A stretch of 64,000 nucleotides of DNA, taken from positions 16,120,001 through 16,184,000 of the forward strand of contig OX597833.1 in the NCBI GenBank assembly GCA_951406725.2, given 5' to 3'. This document shows positions 1 through 14,216 of this stretch, piece after piece (the stretch's first letter is position 1; every line of letters starts with the position of its first letter). Made by a program: the position numbers and the translations under genes. The notes under the pieces were generated by a model. It did not search any database. It had not been told where the DNA came from and saw only the letters and a list, made by a program, of their open reading frames with translations. This DNA comes from Octopus vulgaris (Eukaryota).

Positions 1-729
1 TGTAAATCCCCACTGTTCCTTGTCTTTGTATTGACCTACATGACTTTTCAGCCCTCGGAGTCTATAAAGAATTTTTTTCAGAAATACCTAACAATTCTAA
101 GACAGAAGAATAAAATCAGCTAGTTTCGAATTCGAAAAAGGATTCGGTGCTTTATCAGGCTGCAAGTCTGTCCAAGATCGATGTTATCAAACAGCCACTA
201 CGCTTTCCCACGAGTTTATTTCGACAATTCACAGATGAAATATGAAGTAGAGAAGTTATGTTTTTCAATAGAAGTGTCTTTACTCCTGTTTTGGGGAAAG
301 TTGACCTGCTGCCCTTGTCGTTTGTGAAGGAGCTTTCTCCTTTGACTTCATACGATTGCTTATGGAATCCGCTCATAAGCACGCATAGGCACGCACACAT
401 ATTATCACAAACATCACACTTACACATATCAAATATCCATAGTATAGAAATGCAGAAATGTGTTTTAAATAGATGAATACATCACGGAATCGACTCGTGC
501 TGTTTTGTGTGCTTATAATGATGCAATTCCGTCTTTCAGCTGCACTGCTTGATAAAGATGAAACAATATTTATAGAACTCCATCTCAATATTAGGAAGCA
601 CAGTTCAAATATATGCTTATATATGTGTGTGTGTGTGTGTGTGTGCACGCGTGTAAGTGAGTAGATATGTATGCAGCGAAAGGATATGTACTCATACATC
701 CATAGATCTGTGGCATATGCATACACATA

Positions 730-882
730 TTGCCTTTCATCCTTTCGGGGTCGATAAATAAAGTACCAGTTTCGCACTGGGGTCGATGTAATCGACTTAA
801 TCCGTTTGTCTGTCTTTGTCTGTCCTTGTCTGTCCTTGTTTCTCCCCTCTATGTTTAGCCCCTTGTGGGTAGTAAAGAAATA
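730..882 (+). mobile_element. SINE-B, 3' part with tail 1
   Basis: ttgcctttcatcctttcggggtcgataaa...gccccttgtgggtagtaaagaaat; this sequence recurs more than 10 times in the window. Confidence 0.8.
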
Positions 883-1137
883 TACACATATATAAAGACA
901 TGTACACATCACGCACACATACGTATAATATATACACGCCGATGTCGAACAGTAAGAATGGGTGCCCAAAACCGCATTTGTGCATAAATATTCTTTATTT
1001 GTTAGTTAACAAGACTACCATTGCTTTCATGCCGAGACTTCTCGACCACGTGGGGTGTTGGTACTCGTCACCATCGTCGTATTCTCGTCCAAGATGGAGA
1101 CGAGTCCCATGTGGCAGCCTTGATAATCGCTGGTATT

Positions 1138-1328
1138 CGCCATGATAGATCGCTAGCCACTACACATTCTTTATTTTCTCTCCTTGTTTCTTTCTGTGTT
1201 CCTTTCTGTGTAAGAGCGTAGGCTCGAAACGTTAAAGACTTTTTCGCTTCCCGAGCGTTATACTAATACATCTGTTTGTTGTCTAAACCACCTGTCTTCG
1301 TCTTTTGTTTTTTGTGAATTCTCCCAAT
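1138..1328 (+). mobile_element. Short Penelope-like terminal fragment with a minimal hammerhead motif
   Basis: Homologous to 60846-61036; contains gagcgtaggctcgaaacg; ends at a (TA)n run. Confidence 0.6.
1202..1237 (+). ncRNA. Degenerate minimal type I hammerhead ribozyme motif
   Basis: cttt-ctgtgtaa-gagc gtag gctc-gaaa-cg-tt-aaag: stem I cttt/aaag, stem II gagc/gctc, GAAA; the core is mutated. Confidence 0.45.
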
Positions 1329-1337
1329 ATATATATA

Positions 1338-1740
1338 GGAGTGGCTGTGTGGTAAGTAGCTTGCTAACCAACCACATGGTTCCGGGTTCAGTCCCACGGC
1401 GTGGCATCTTGGGCAAGTGTCTTCTGCTATAGCCCCGGGCCGACCAATGCCTTGTGAGTGGATCTGGTAGACGGAAACTGAAAGAAGCCTGTCGTATATA
1501 TTTTATATATATATATATATATATGTGTGTTTGTGTGTCTGTGTTTGTCCCCCTAGCATTGCTTGACAACCGATGCTGGTGTGTTTACGTCCCCGTAACT
1601 TAGCGGTTCAGCAAAAGAGACCGATAGAATAAGTACTGGGCTTACAAAAGAATAAGTCCCGAGTCGATTTGCTCGACTAAAGGCGGTGCTCCAGCATGGC
1701 CGCAGTCAAATGACTGAAACAAGTAAAAGAGTAAAAAGAG

Positions 1741-1741
<1 letters not shown>
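1338..1741 (+). mobile_element. SINE-A (tRNA-derived, CORE-like), full length
   Basis: A-box-like tggctgtgtgg, B-box-like ggttcagtccc, CORE-like gtggcatcttgggcaagtgtctt, internal (TA)n/(TG)n, tail gactgaaacaagtaaaagag. Confidence 0.85.
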
Positions 1742-1771
<30 letters not shown>

Positions 1772-2132
1772 AGTATTTCATACTTTCAACGCTAACGAAG
1801 TTCGAACCTTCATAACGCAGCCCATTTGAAACAAATTCTTCTCCGAAGAATAAATCCTAAAAGCCGATCTATGTTTCTGCTTTTCACTGTTTCAAGAAGC
1901 TTCGCGTTCAGTGAATCTTCAAATCCTTGTCACTAAAACACTTGTATACGAAAGCTAAGGAAAAGTGATGAGTCGGTGGTCAACATATTTAGTTATACAC
2001 CGCTTATTTTGCGCTGGTCCATGTGCTTGATTACGAGTGTAGAAGCGAATGTCTCTGATTCTTTGCGTGGCAATCTGTTCTCAATGACTTAAGCCTTGTT
2101 TACTCTGAGTAGGGTACTGGTGTATACGTATT

Positions 2133-2545
2133 TATTTACTACCCACAAGGGGCTAAACACAGAGAGGACAAACAAGGACAGACAAACGGATTAAGTCGAT
2201 TGTATCGACCCCAGTACGTAACTGGTACTTATTTAACCGATCCCAAAAGGATGAAAGGCAAAGTCGACCTCGGCGGAATTTGAACTCAGAACGTAGCAGC
2301 AGACGACATACCTATTTCTTTACTACCCACAATGGGCTAAACGCAGAAGGGACAAAGAAGGAGAGACAAACGGCTTAAGCCAATAACATCGACCCCAGTG
2401 CGTAACTGGTACTTAATTTATCGACCCCAAAAGGATGAAAAGCAAAGTCGACCTCGGCGGAATTTGAACTCAGAACGTAGTGGCAGACGAAATACGGCTT
2501 CGCATTTCGCCCGGCGTGCTAACGTTTGTTCCAGCACACCGCCTT
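2133..2545 (-). mobile_element. SINE-B tandem pair (tail 1)
   Basis: Two consecutive reverse copies of aaggcaaagtcgacctcggcggaatttgaactcagaacg; the head is at about 2545. Confidence 0.8.
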
Positions 2546-3283
2546 ATACTGGTGTATACTTCTACTACTATCTCCTATTCTCTTCGGACAGTTCTAAATG
2601 TATTCTTGCGATAAAGATATACTGTCCTATCTCACACATTTCATTCAATATTTCGCTGTCTGTGTTCTAATAATCCACGCTCGAAGCTACTTGAACGAAA
2701 TTCACTTCATCCACGGATTCCATGTCTGATGCCATTTGAGAAGTGTGTGTGAGAGAGAGAAAGTGAGAGATAGTATCAGTATTGTCGTTATTATTGTGTA
2801 AGCGTGTAAGTGTCAGTACTATTGTGTATGTATGAGTGTGAATACCATTGTTGTTGTTGCTTTTGTTGTTGTCATCAAGAATGTCTAGGAAATACCAAAG
2901 ATATTTCTTTTATTTCGAAAACTTATGAGTAGTGTCAGAAACGAGATTTTATGTCATTCAGCTTTGTACAGCCAGATTTTTTCTTTCACCTGTTTTGATT
3001 TCGAAGGCATTTCGTAGCTGACTCGACTCCACTGGAAATGAATACGAATAAAAAAAAAAAAAGAGACATGTTGAAAATGTCAATAAAAAATGTTTCTCTG
3101 TCATTTTTCATTTTTTGGGGGTTTTTTTTTTTCACCTTTAGATAATCCATAAACTGAAATAAAATACTTTTATAAACAAGATATAAACAAGAAAATACCA
3201 TCTAATTCCAGAAAATGTCTTTCGAAATGCTGTAATCCAAAAGTTAACATGGTTGAAGAGTAAAAGTTATAACAAGAACTGTA

Positions 3284-3299
3284 ATAATAATGATGATGA

Positions 3300-3392
<93 letters not shown>

Positions 3393-3431
3393 GTAATAAT
3401 AATAATAATAATAATAATAGTAATAATAATA

Positions 3432-3525
<94 letters not shown>

Positions 3526-3587
3526 TAATAGTAATAATAATAATAATAACAATAATAATAATAATGATAATAATAATAATAATAATA
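3284..3587. repeat. (GAT)n/(AAT)n microsatellite
   Basis: Trinucleotide arrays seen directly. Confidence 0.95.
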
Positions 3588-4535
<948 letters not shown>

Positions 4536-4549
4536 ATAATGATAATAAT

Positions 4550-4725
4550 GATGTAGAAAGTCGATCATATTGACCCCTAGTACTTGACTGGTATTACTTT
4601 ATCGACTCCGAAAGGATGAAACACAATGTCGACTTCGGCGGAATTTGAACTCAGAACGTAGCGACACACGAAATACTACTATGCATTTCGCCCGGCCTGC
4701 TAACGATTCTGCCAGGCCACTGCCT
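4550..4725 (-). mobile_element. SINE-B, diverged
   Basis: gtcgacttcggcggaatttgaactcagaacg and the head sequence. Confidence 0.75.
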
Positions 4726-5164
4726 TAATAATAATCTTATAATAATTCTGCTTGTCATTACGTTACTTAGCCCGTCGATAACGCTTTCATGGGATAAAAA
4801 AGAAGTGGGAAAAAGAAAAGTGGGAGAGAGAAAAATTGGGTGAGACAAGCGCCCGTGAGGTGAGGTAGAGGAAACGTAATTGTAACGTCCATGACATGTG
4901 GTAAGGGGAACGTAATATTTATTACGTGGTTTAAAAAGTTAGTGGAATGTAGTGATATAGAGGAAAGTTAGGAATATAATTTTAGCAGAGGAGTGATGTT
5001 CTGATGGTGAGATTAAAGAAAGGCAGAATGAGAGAGAGAGAGAGAGAGAGAGAGATTATAGTGGTGGTGGTGGTGGATGCGGCGGCGGCGGCGGCGTTGG
5101 TGAGTGCAGAGTGAAAGGTTGTTTCCTTATTGAGCTAAGTTTTATTTTATACCACCTACCACTT

Positions 5165-5768
5165 AGCGCATGCGTATCCCAAACTTGTCATTCACTTTAG
5201 AAAGAAACCGGTTTCCCGTTCACCTGTCATATGCAATCACTATCAATAAATCACAAAGGCAGACATTTGATAAAGTGTTCTTGCCTGAACCGGTATATTC
5301 GGCCATGGTCAGCTATACTTTGCGTTCTCAAGAGCTCGCAAATTATCTGATGTGAGAGTTAAAGTTATCAACACTGACAAACACGGGAAAAGAAGAGGGA
5401 GAACTTACATGAAGAACATAGTCTGCAAAATAAGTATAGCATTGAAATGAATTAGCAAATTGAAATGTGTATTGGCTCTCACCCATTGCTTCGGTTTATA
5501 AATTACCAACGATATGGTTTTCAGAGTAGGCCATGTTGCATTAAATCTTTACCCTCGTGAAATTGTGACCGCTGTATTTTGCATATAAAACATTTTATTT
5601 TACTATAAAACTTTTGTTTTGTAGATATGATATTGCGACCATGTAAATTTTAAAATGTAATTTTTTTCTGTTTATGGGAAAATTGGAAAATTGGAAAATA
5701 AGAGTGAATATTTATTTTATGAGTTCTGTGCATTAAGTCTATAAAATTGTGCATAAAGTATATATATA

Positions 5769-5802
<34 letters not shown>

Positions 5803-6296
5803 GAGATGCAATGGCCCAGTGGTTAGAGCAGCGGACTCGCGGTCATAGGATCATGATTTCGATTCCCAGACCGGGCGTTGTGAGTGTTTATTGAGCGAAA
5901 ACACCTAAAGTTCCACGAGGCTCCAGCAGGGGGGGGGCGATCCCTGCTGTACTCTTTCGCCACAACTTTCTCTAACTCTTTCTTCTGTTGGCTTGCTCGC
6001 TTAGCCAGCGGGGTGGCGTCATTTGAAGGTTAAAACAATGCGAAGCGCATTGTGACCTACGATGTGTAGCAACATCTGATAACCTGGTCGGTCACGGTGA
6101 TATATATATATATAAAGTGTATTAAGTAATCACCGTTTTCCAGTTTCCCTCACTTTTCAATGAATTGCAGATGAGCGACTATCTTTCCATACAAACACAA
6201 CACAGGCTCCGCTTTCAGGTTTTGGGCGATAAAGTTTTCAGGAATAATCCAATAGGTTCACTATTAATTCCCTGAAATATTCACAGGTCCCGCTAG
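5165..6296 (+). mobile_element. Helitron 3' fragment (PIF1-like helicase C-terminus, terminal hairpin, CTAG)
   Basis: RFPVHLSYAITINKSQRQTFDKV..LPEPV(F)GHGQLYFAFSRA...KNIV with a frameshift; imperfect hairpin cctgaaatattcacagg, then ctag|t at 6293-6297; interrupted by SINE-C. Confidence 0.8.
5801..6100 (+). mobile_element. SINE-C with tail alpha
   Basis: tRNA-like head ggagatgcaatggcccagtggttagagcagcggactcgcggtc...tttcgattccc; tail shared with 19782-20070. Confidence 0.8.
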
Positions 6297-6304
6297 TAAT
6301 GATA

Positions 6305-6495
6305 ACAATCCTTTCTACTACAGGCACAAGACCTGAAATTCTGGAGAAGGGGACATAGACCCGATGCGCAACTGATACTTAACCCGAAAGGATAAAAGGC
6401 GAAGTTGACCCCGGCGGTATTTGAACTCAGAATGAAAAAGCAGGCAAAATACCGCTAAGCATTTCGCCCAGCGTGCTAACGATTCTGCCAGCTCA
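6305..6495 (-). mobile_element. SINE-B with tail 2
   Basis: aatcctttctactacaggcacaagacctgaaatt plus the SINE-B body. Confidence 0.75.
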
Positions 6496-6782
6496 TCATC
6501 CGATCTCTTCACCCATTGCTGATTTTTATTCACCAAACTGTTCCTCTTGCTCTTGCTATTCCCTTGAACCCTCACATATTTATGATTATCTCAGGTACAC
6601 GACAAAAGTTGAAACTGAACAACGTTCAATAATACCTTTTATTAATAAATGGCAATAATAATGATGATGGTAATAATAGTTATGGTGGTAATAAGGATAA
6701 TGGTAATAATAATTTAGCCTAAACTCATATCGGATCAGAGAAAGTATTAACAATTACAAATTATAATAATAATAATAATAAT

Positions 6783-6842
<60 letters not shown>

Positions 6843-6844
<2 letters not shown>

Positions 6845-7045
6845 GATAGTGCTCATGGGAACTGCTCATATCCTACGCAAAATACTTTCTATGTAATCTC
6901 AAGGTTTAAAACAAACATAATTTTCGGTTTAAAAAAAAAAAAAAAATATTAGTACAACACCAAAAACTCCACCCCCCCAAAAAAATATATGGCACACTAG
7001 GCATAACAACAACATGAACTTCCAACAAGCAAAAGTCAAACATAG
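6843..7045 (+). mobile_element. R4/Dong LINE 3' terminal fragment (second copy)
   Basis: KIVLMGTAHILRKILSM*; 3'UTR as at 3588-3868; (AAT)n on both sides. Confidence 0.75.
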
Positions 7046-7055
7046 AATAATAAGC

Positions 7056-7132
<77 letters not shown>

Positions 7133-7143
7133 AATAAAAGAAT

Positions 7144-8836
7144 AGTTTGGAATCTCACTATGCTCTGATTGATGATACATCTAGTGATGGTGTCACAATA
7201 AAAACACTGGTAATTGCGCAATCTGATAATCGCTACCTCATATGAGTGACAATGAATAAACAAAATATTGTGAATAACGGTGGTAATGAAACTGAAGCCC
7301 TTTGTGGTAACAGTGTTACACTCGGCAGGCTCAGAGATACTGGTCCGACTCCAGTCTATCGTTATCCAGCAACGGACCGGCACATATGGCATAGATGGAA
7401 CAAAGAAGTCAATACTGTTGTCATGGTCTATTACTACCTAAGCAACCTCGTAGACGAAAATAGTGTTCATCGTAGGGTATACCAACAACGTATGTATGTT
7501 GTTGGCATCCTTTTTGTCTCGGGAGACAATGGAGTTGCGCATAAAGTAGTCTAGTCCGGTTTTTACATTTCATGTCCTGATACATTTCCTGCTGTGACTG
7601 TGTAGTCCTATCCTGGACAAACACTCCCTCTGGCAGGTACCGCAAATGTAGCGAAGACTGTTCCTGGCTGGCTGTAATGCCATAGTTTCTTGTTGACGTC
7701 TTTTCTTGTCTTTCCATTTCTCCTCTCTCTCTCTCTGTCACTCCTTTGTATTCACTCTCTTACGGTACGTCGCCAGTCTCCACGGTTGCCGGCAACTGCC
7801 TGCCAACCGCTAATATTGATGTTGCAGGCCTTCATGTCCCTTTTGCAAACGTATGTATGAACAATGAGGGGAAGAGGATTGTTTCAACTCACAGAACAGA
7901 GATTATGTGATCAAGCTAGAGCAATAAGAAAAAATCGTTGGTTCACAGAAGTAGAGCTCGAAGCTATCAAAAGACGGGTACTGGGAAACAGCAGCAGAGG
8001 GAACGATGAAAATACAGTTCCTACTGATAAAAGTAATCTCGTAGCAGGAAACGAAGGTGAAATCTCTAATAAACCACAAGAAAGGAACAGTGATAGCTTC
8101 CTCGATGAGAAAGATATATATTGTTTGGGAAAGATAATAAAACATATGGTGACATGACAGAGAGGCAAAAGGCAATATACGACAGAATAATGGCAAGGCA
8201 ACAAGAGAACAATAGCGATATTATTTGCAACCTTAAAAAGGTTGATCGGTAGAAATTAAACCAAGAAACGAAAAATGTGAATGAAATTCTGAAATACATC
8301 AGAACAAAAGAACATCACAGAAAGAAATAATTTGATCAAAGCAGCAAGTATTGCTGTAGCAGAAAATGTGGGTGTTGACGTCAAGCAAAAGAAATATAAT
8401 AGGGGTGACAAAAGAAAAGATAAATGGTAGAAAAGAAGAATTACAGGCGGGGTTAGATATGCTCTCGAAAGACATTTCTGAGTTAGATCGAAAATAGAAG
8501 AGGGAGCTTAAAAGCGAATAAAAATACAGGGCACTGAAGAGGAAGTATGATATTGAAAGAAAGGGTATGAAAGTGGTAATGGAGGAACTGAAACAGCGCC
8601 TTGTTGCAAAGAAAACAAAGATGGTAGGATACGACAAAAGAACAAAGAGATACCAGCAGAATAGGTTATTTAGAGTAGATCAGAAGAGATTCTACAAAGA
8701 AATAAAAGGAGAGTGTACAGATGAAGAGTTGATACCAGATAACATCGAAAGTCAAGGGTTTTGGAATGAAATCTGGAGCAAAGACAAGGAGCGCAAGATG
8801 TATGCTGGATGGTTGCAAGAACTGAAACAAAGACTA
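7144..8836 (+). mobile_element. R4/Dong LINE 5' portion (degenerate ORF from ATG 7252), interrupted by an RTE
   Basis: RWNKEVNTVVMVYYYLSN...YQQRMY|EQ...[27 protein letters not shown]...LKQRLVAK...YQQNRLFRVDQKRFY...FWNEIWSK: N-terminal motifs typical of R4/Dong. Confidence 0.8.
7499..7847 (-). mobile_element. RTE-clade LINE 3' fragment with 12-bp TSD
   Basis: CKRDMKACNINISGWQAVAGNRGDWRRTV...YICGTCQRECLSRIGLHSHSRKC; TSD aacgtatgtatg at 7487-7498 and 7848-7859. Confidence 0.85.
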
Positions 8837-8872
8837 AATATATTTAGTTATAAATATTTATATTTATATACA

Positions 8873-9034
8873 GCAGGAGTGGCTGTGTGGTAAGTAGCTT
8901 GCTTACCAACTACATGGTTCCGGGTTCAGTCCCACTGCGTGGCATCTTGGGCAAGTGTCTTGTGCTATAGCCTCGGGCTGACCAATGCCTTGTGAGTGGA
9001 TTTGGTAGACGGAAACTGAAAGAAGCCTGTCGTA

Positions 9035-9093
<59 letters not shown>

Positions 9094-9300
9094 TTGTGTG
9101 TCTGTGTTTGTCCCCCCACCATCGCTTGACAACCGATGCTGGTGTGTTTACGTTCCCGTCACTTAGCGGTTCGGCAAAAAGAGACCGATAGAATAAGTAC
9201 TGGGCTTACAAAGAATAAGTCCCGGGGTCGATTTGCTCGACTAAAGGTGGAGCTCCAGCATGGCCGCAGTCAAATGACTGAAACAAGTAATAGAGAAAAG
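8873..9300 (+). mobile_element. SINE-A, full length
   Basis: Same sequence as 1338-1741. Confidence 0.85.
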
Positions 9301-9667
9301 AGAAAGAGAAATATCTCTAGATATATCTCTGTGTGTCTATATGTGGATCTTAAGCTTAATCCTGTTTATCTGCATCATAATTTACATATCAGCTAATCTG
9401 AATTTCTCTTATAGCCACTCTTTACCCCGTAGACCTAGTCCTCGATAAAGCTTTCGGAGTTTAATCAAATTATTCGAGCGATAGCATTTCTAGCTCTCAC
9501 CATCTGACTGTATGTATATGTGTGTGTCTGTGCACTCGCGCGTATGTGTGCGTGTATATGTATGTATGTATGTATGTTAATGTGTGTTAATGTGTATGTA
9601 TATCAATATGTATATATTATCTGTGTGAAAGTATGAATAGATACATACATACATACATACATACATT

Positions 9668-9830
<163 letters not shown>

Positions 9831-10289
9831 TGAACTATACAGTCTTGCACAATATTACCTCATAAATTTAATGTACCACGTCAGTCTACACATTACAAAC
9901 ACGAAATATTAGTTAACCTGCGTGGCAAATCGCAATATATTATTGCTTTTAAAATCATTTCAAATCTCATTCCTCTAGCCACGGGTAATTGGTATAAATA
10001 TTAATTAGGTTAATTTAGTTGATAGGAAAATATAACTAATTGCATCTACCTGATTAGAAAATATTTGATAGCAGATAGTTAAAACCCAAATTAAGTTTAC
10101 AAGGGCAAGTATTTGAGATAATATATTACAATTCATACCAAAGTTAAAAGATTAAAACATAGATCATAGACGTATTTCATATTTCAATTTAGGTTCCTAA
10201 TATATTTAGATAAAGTAGTATAAACCAAATATATATAAATAAAGTTTCTAGTTATATAAATGTAGTTGAAGATTCATACATTTTATCTT

Positions 10290-10490
10290 TTAACATTTAT
10301 TTGTTTCATTTATTAGACTGCAGCCCTGCTGGAGCGGCGACTTGAGTTTAGTCCAACAAACCGTCATAAATTTTTAATCTTTTAAATCTAATACTTACAC
10401 TCTCAGTCTCTTTGCCGGGCCGCTAAGTCACGAGGATGTAAACAATAGAGCAGAAGTTGTCAAGTGGTAAAGGGACAAACATAAACAAAT
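10290..10490 (-). mobile_element. SINE-A, old diverged 3' half
   Basis: gactgcagccctgctggagc...ctctttgccgggccgctaagtcacgaggatgtaaac. Confidence 0.6.
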
Positions 10491-10526
10491 GTATACATAA
10501 ATACAAACATACGTACGTGCTTCCGT

Positions 10527-10620
<94 letters not shown>

Positions 10621-10623
<3 letters not shown>

Positions 10624-11265
10624 CAATGTACATTTAAACATATAAGAGGCATCCATCATAGGACTCCTTGCACGCTAGAGAGAACAGTTAAATTCCAAAC
10701 CACTATTAGGGATAAAGTTTCGAAGGGAATGATAAATAAAAACATTTACCATCTAACTCCTGGACCAATGGTTCTAGACTATTTTTTAGCAAATAAAATA
10801 ATTTGCTAGGCGAAGTCTTCTTCAGCAGGTACACCTTAGATTAAATATATATACATGAGGCAATCCAGTATATGTCCCGTGCTAATACATTCTAATTTTT
10901 CAAATCTACCGCGCAAGCGCAGCACCTTGTCGGCAGTACATAAAAATGCCGAATTTTCAATTCGAAAATTATCTAGAAAAAATTATCAATAATAAATAAT
11001 ATCAAAAGGTAATCAGAAATATTAGACATTTCCATTACCAGTGGCCTAGCATGTAAAAATTTAGTCAATAGACTATATACTATTCATATAAATACAGTGT
11101 ACATTTAAACACATGAGAGGCATCTACCATAGGACTCCTTGCACGCTAGAGAGAACAGTTAAATTCGAAACTACTATTAGGGATAAAATTTCGAAGGGAA
11201 CGGAAAATTTAAATATTTACCATTCAGAATTTCTGGGGGGCAAATAAAATAATTTGCTAAGCAAA
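10621..11265 (-). mobile_element. Penelope-like terminal region: imperfect direct repeat (10621-10810 and 11092-11262) carrying a hammerhead motif
   Basis: ataggactccttgcacgctagagagaacagttaaattc occurs twice about 470 bp apart; abuts (TA)n. Confidence 0.55.
10759..10829 (-). ncRNA. Type I hammerhead ribozyme motif (GAAA altered)
   Basis: Reverse complement: cctg-CTGAAGA-agact..(tagcaaat/atttgcta)..agtct-agaa-cc att gg-TC-cagg. Confidence 0.6.
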
Positions 11266-11859
11266 CGGAGAAACGGTACAAAATAGAAATAACGGGATTT
11301 ATATAGCCAGTCAGACATCTATAAAGCACTTAGTTTTAAATGAATTTGGTCAACTATATCCAACAATCAGATATGAACAAATGGAGGTAGAATAAGCATT
11401 CTCATATAAATCCATGTATTGTCAACAAAAGTCAGCAAAAATAAGAATGGCGAAAATCACACCTTTAATTGGTGGTTATACCATACGATACAGACGATCG
11501 TTTGTGTTGTATCAACAGATTTAGATACAGGAAATGTCAGTCAAATTAATATATCCCAAAATATATTTTAGCACAACGTCAAGAAGGTAATCCAAATGGG
11601 TGTTATCAAGGCAATCCAAGGCAAGTTTAATTTCAAATTGAACTAAGAGAATATCTCTAGTAGACGAACGCATACAAAAAGAACGTTAAGAAGAAATAGA
11701 ATATTCTAAGAAAAGCCAACTTTGAATGACGTCAGAGGAAAACAAGAGAATAAAAAATAACATGAATTCTAAATTACAACGTAGAATTCATGTCTATTCC
11801 AAAAGAGTGGAAGGCAAAATGGTCCTTGGCACATTCGGAAAAGGAGAACTTGAAGATGA

Positions 11860-12552
11860 ACGAAATGCCTGGCGCGCTAACGGTTCTATCAACTCGCTGC
11901 CTTTCTACTAAAGGCACAAGGCCTGAAATTTGTGGGGAGGGGACTAGTCGATCACATCGACCTCAGTGTTTTACTGGTACTTAATTTATCGACCCCGAAA
12001 GGATAAAAGGCAAAGTCGACCTCGGCGGAATTTGAACTCAAAACGCAACGACGAGCGAAATACCGCTAAACATTTTGCCCAGTGTGCTAACGACTCTGCC
12101 AGCCTTAACAATAGTTTTAATAATCTTTTCTCCTCTAGGCACAAGGCTCGAAATTTTAGGGGAGGAGGCAAGTTGATTAGATCGACCCCAGTACGCAACT
12201 GTTACTTAATTTATCGACCCCGAATGGATGAAAGGCAAAGTCGACCTCGGCGGAATTTGAACTCAGAACGTAAAACAGACGAAATACCGCTAAGCATTTC
12301 GCCCGGCGTGCTAACGTTTCTTATTTCTTTATTGCTCTCAAGGGGCTAAACATAGAGGGGACAAACAAGGACATACAAAGCGATTAGTCGATTACATCGG
12401 CCCCAGTGCGTAACTGGTACTTAATTTATCGACCCCGAAAAGATGAAAGGCGAACTCGACCTCGGCGGAATTTGAACTCACAACGTAACGGCAGACGAAA
12501 TAAGGCTACGCATTTCGCCCGGCGTGCTAACGTTTCTGCCAGCTAGCCGTCT
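11860..12552 (-). mobile_element. Cluster of SINE-B copies (tails 2, 2 and 1)
   Basis: Three consecutive reverse copies of the SINE-B core. Confidence 0.8.
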
Positions 12553-12873
12553 TAACAACAACTATAATAATAACATATAGATAATATCGATAATCGAAGA
12601 CTGCTCATTCTGTCCATTTTTTATGAATTATAATCAATGTTAATAAGCCATCATCTTGGTACAATCCGAACTAATCTACTGAAAATTATTTCTACAATTT
12701 AATTAACAATTATAACACAATTAGGCCAATTAGTTCAGTCAGCAGGCTGAAGCAAAAGAAGTTCTCGAAAATAATTAATTACATAAAAACTGATCAAAAT
12801 ATAGCTGTGTAGTTAAAAAGCTGGGAACCAACCTTCTTACCACAAATACACTGCGCCTCTGTGTGTATGCGTG

Positions 12874-12942
<69 letters not shown>

Positions 12943-12982
12943 CATCAGTATTGTAACATGACGTCTTCCCGATTTGAGCTGT

Positions 12983-13284
12983 GTTGTGTGAGGTGGTTAG
13001 AGTAGCGGACTCGCAGCCGAGGGATTGCGGGTTCAAAAATCAGACTGGGCGATGTGTATGTTTATGAGCGAAACACCTAAGCTCCACACAGGCTCTGGCA
13101 GAAGTTAATGGCAAACTTCTGCTGACTCTTTCGCCACAAGTTTCTCTCACTCTTTCCTCCTGCATCTTGCAGCTCACCCGCGACTGACCGGCGTCCTGTC
13201 CATGTGAGGAACCTATACGCCAAGGAAACAAGGGAACCGGCCCTTATGAGCCAGGCGTGGCTTGAGAAGGAACAAACAACAACA
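12983..13284 (+). mobile_element. SINE-C with tail beta (Meta/V-like domain)
   Basis: ggtggttagagtagcggactcgc head; cccgcgactgaccggcgtcctgtcc...gaaccggcccttatgagcc...gagaaggaac(aac)n. Confidence 0.75.
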
Positions 13285-13309
13285 CATGTGTACGAGACTG
13301 TGCGTGTGT

Positions 13310-13550
13310 GAGTGTATGTTAGCGTGAATGCATGTCATTGTATCTGTGTTTGTACCACGAAACGCTTGACATCCGATGCTGGTTTGTTTATATCCGTTTA
13401 ATCTAGTGGTTTCGGCAAAAGTGACCGATAGAATATGTATCAAACTAAATATATCTATAGGTATCGATTGAATTGTTTCCAGTTAAATTCATCAAGGAGA
13501 TGTCCCAGCATGGCCGCAAACCAATTACCAAAACAATTAAAAGATAAAAG
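13310..13550 (+). mobile_element. SINE-A, diverged 3' half
   Basis: cgcttgacatccgatgctgg...ccagcatggccgca. Confidence 0.6.
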
Positions 13551-13651
13551 ATCTCTATGACAGTGTACTTTTATGTGTGCATGTCTGTGTATGCGTGCAT
13601 ATCCACACACACACACACACACACACTCACATATATATATATATATATATA

Positions 13652-14162
13652 CTAGCACTATGTCCCGGCGTTGCCGGGTCTAGTGCTAAGCTTGTTGTTC
13701 GTTGGGTTGCAGTAAAAATGTCTCACTAAATCAAGAGCTAAGTTTCTTATCACATTTCAGCCCGGGCCAGTTTTGTTGTTTATGAACTAGTTGGAGCTTT
13801 TTAAGAGAGTAATTAATATTCATTGGACTTCGATTTTCACACCTGCACGGTATAATCATGAAAAATTAGCGGGACTGTGCACATGCCATTAGTCGGACAA
13901 AAAAGGAGGCAGAAGAAAGCGAAAAACTCGAATTTGGTCGCAAAATAACTTATGGGCCTAAGGGGTCGGTTTATCGATTTTTTTTAATGGCGTTCTGGGG
14001 TGACTGGGGATCTTCACGACGAAAAGATCTTCACGACCACCTTCAGACAGTTTTGAAAGCCCATAGAAAATGCGAGCCTTTTACGTGAAAAACTGTGGAT
14101 TTGTATAAAGGACACACAGACACACAGATACATAGACATTTTGCCGTTTATAGATATAGAGA
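13652..14162 (-). mobile_element. Non-autonomous Helitron, complete
   Basis: Minus strand A|TCTCTATATCTATAAACGGC...hairpin cccggcaacgccggg...CTAG|T; inserted at an AT site with no TSD. Confidence 0.8.
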
Positions 14163-14216
14163 TGTATTTGTATGTATGTATGAGAAACTTTATAAGTATT
14201 CTTAATGTCGCTCTGA

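Noticed and set aside
1-476. Possible exon in unique sequence (ORFs 155-427 and 258-476)
   Set aside because: No recognisable domain or convincing splice sites; it could be UTR or regulatory, but I cannot support a call.
11330-11860. Coding remnant next to the hammerhead repeat
   Set aside because: Manual translation gave only short open stretches with no recognisable motif.
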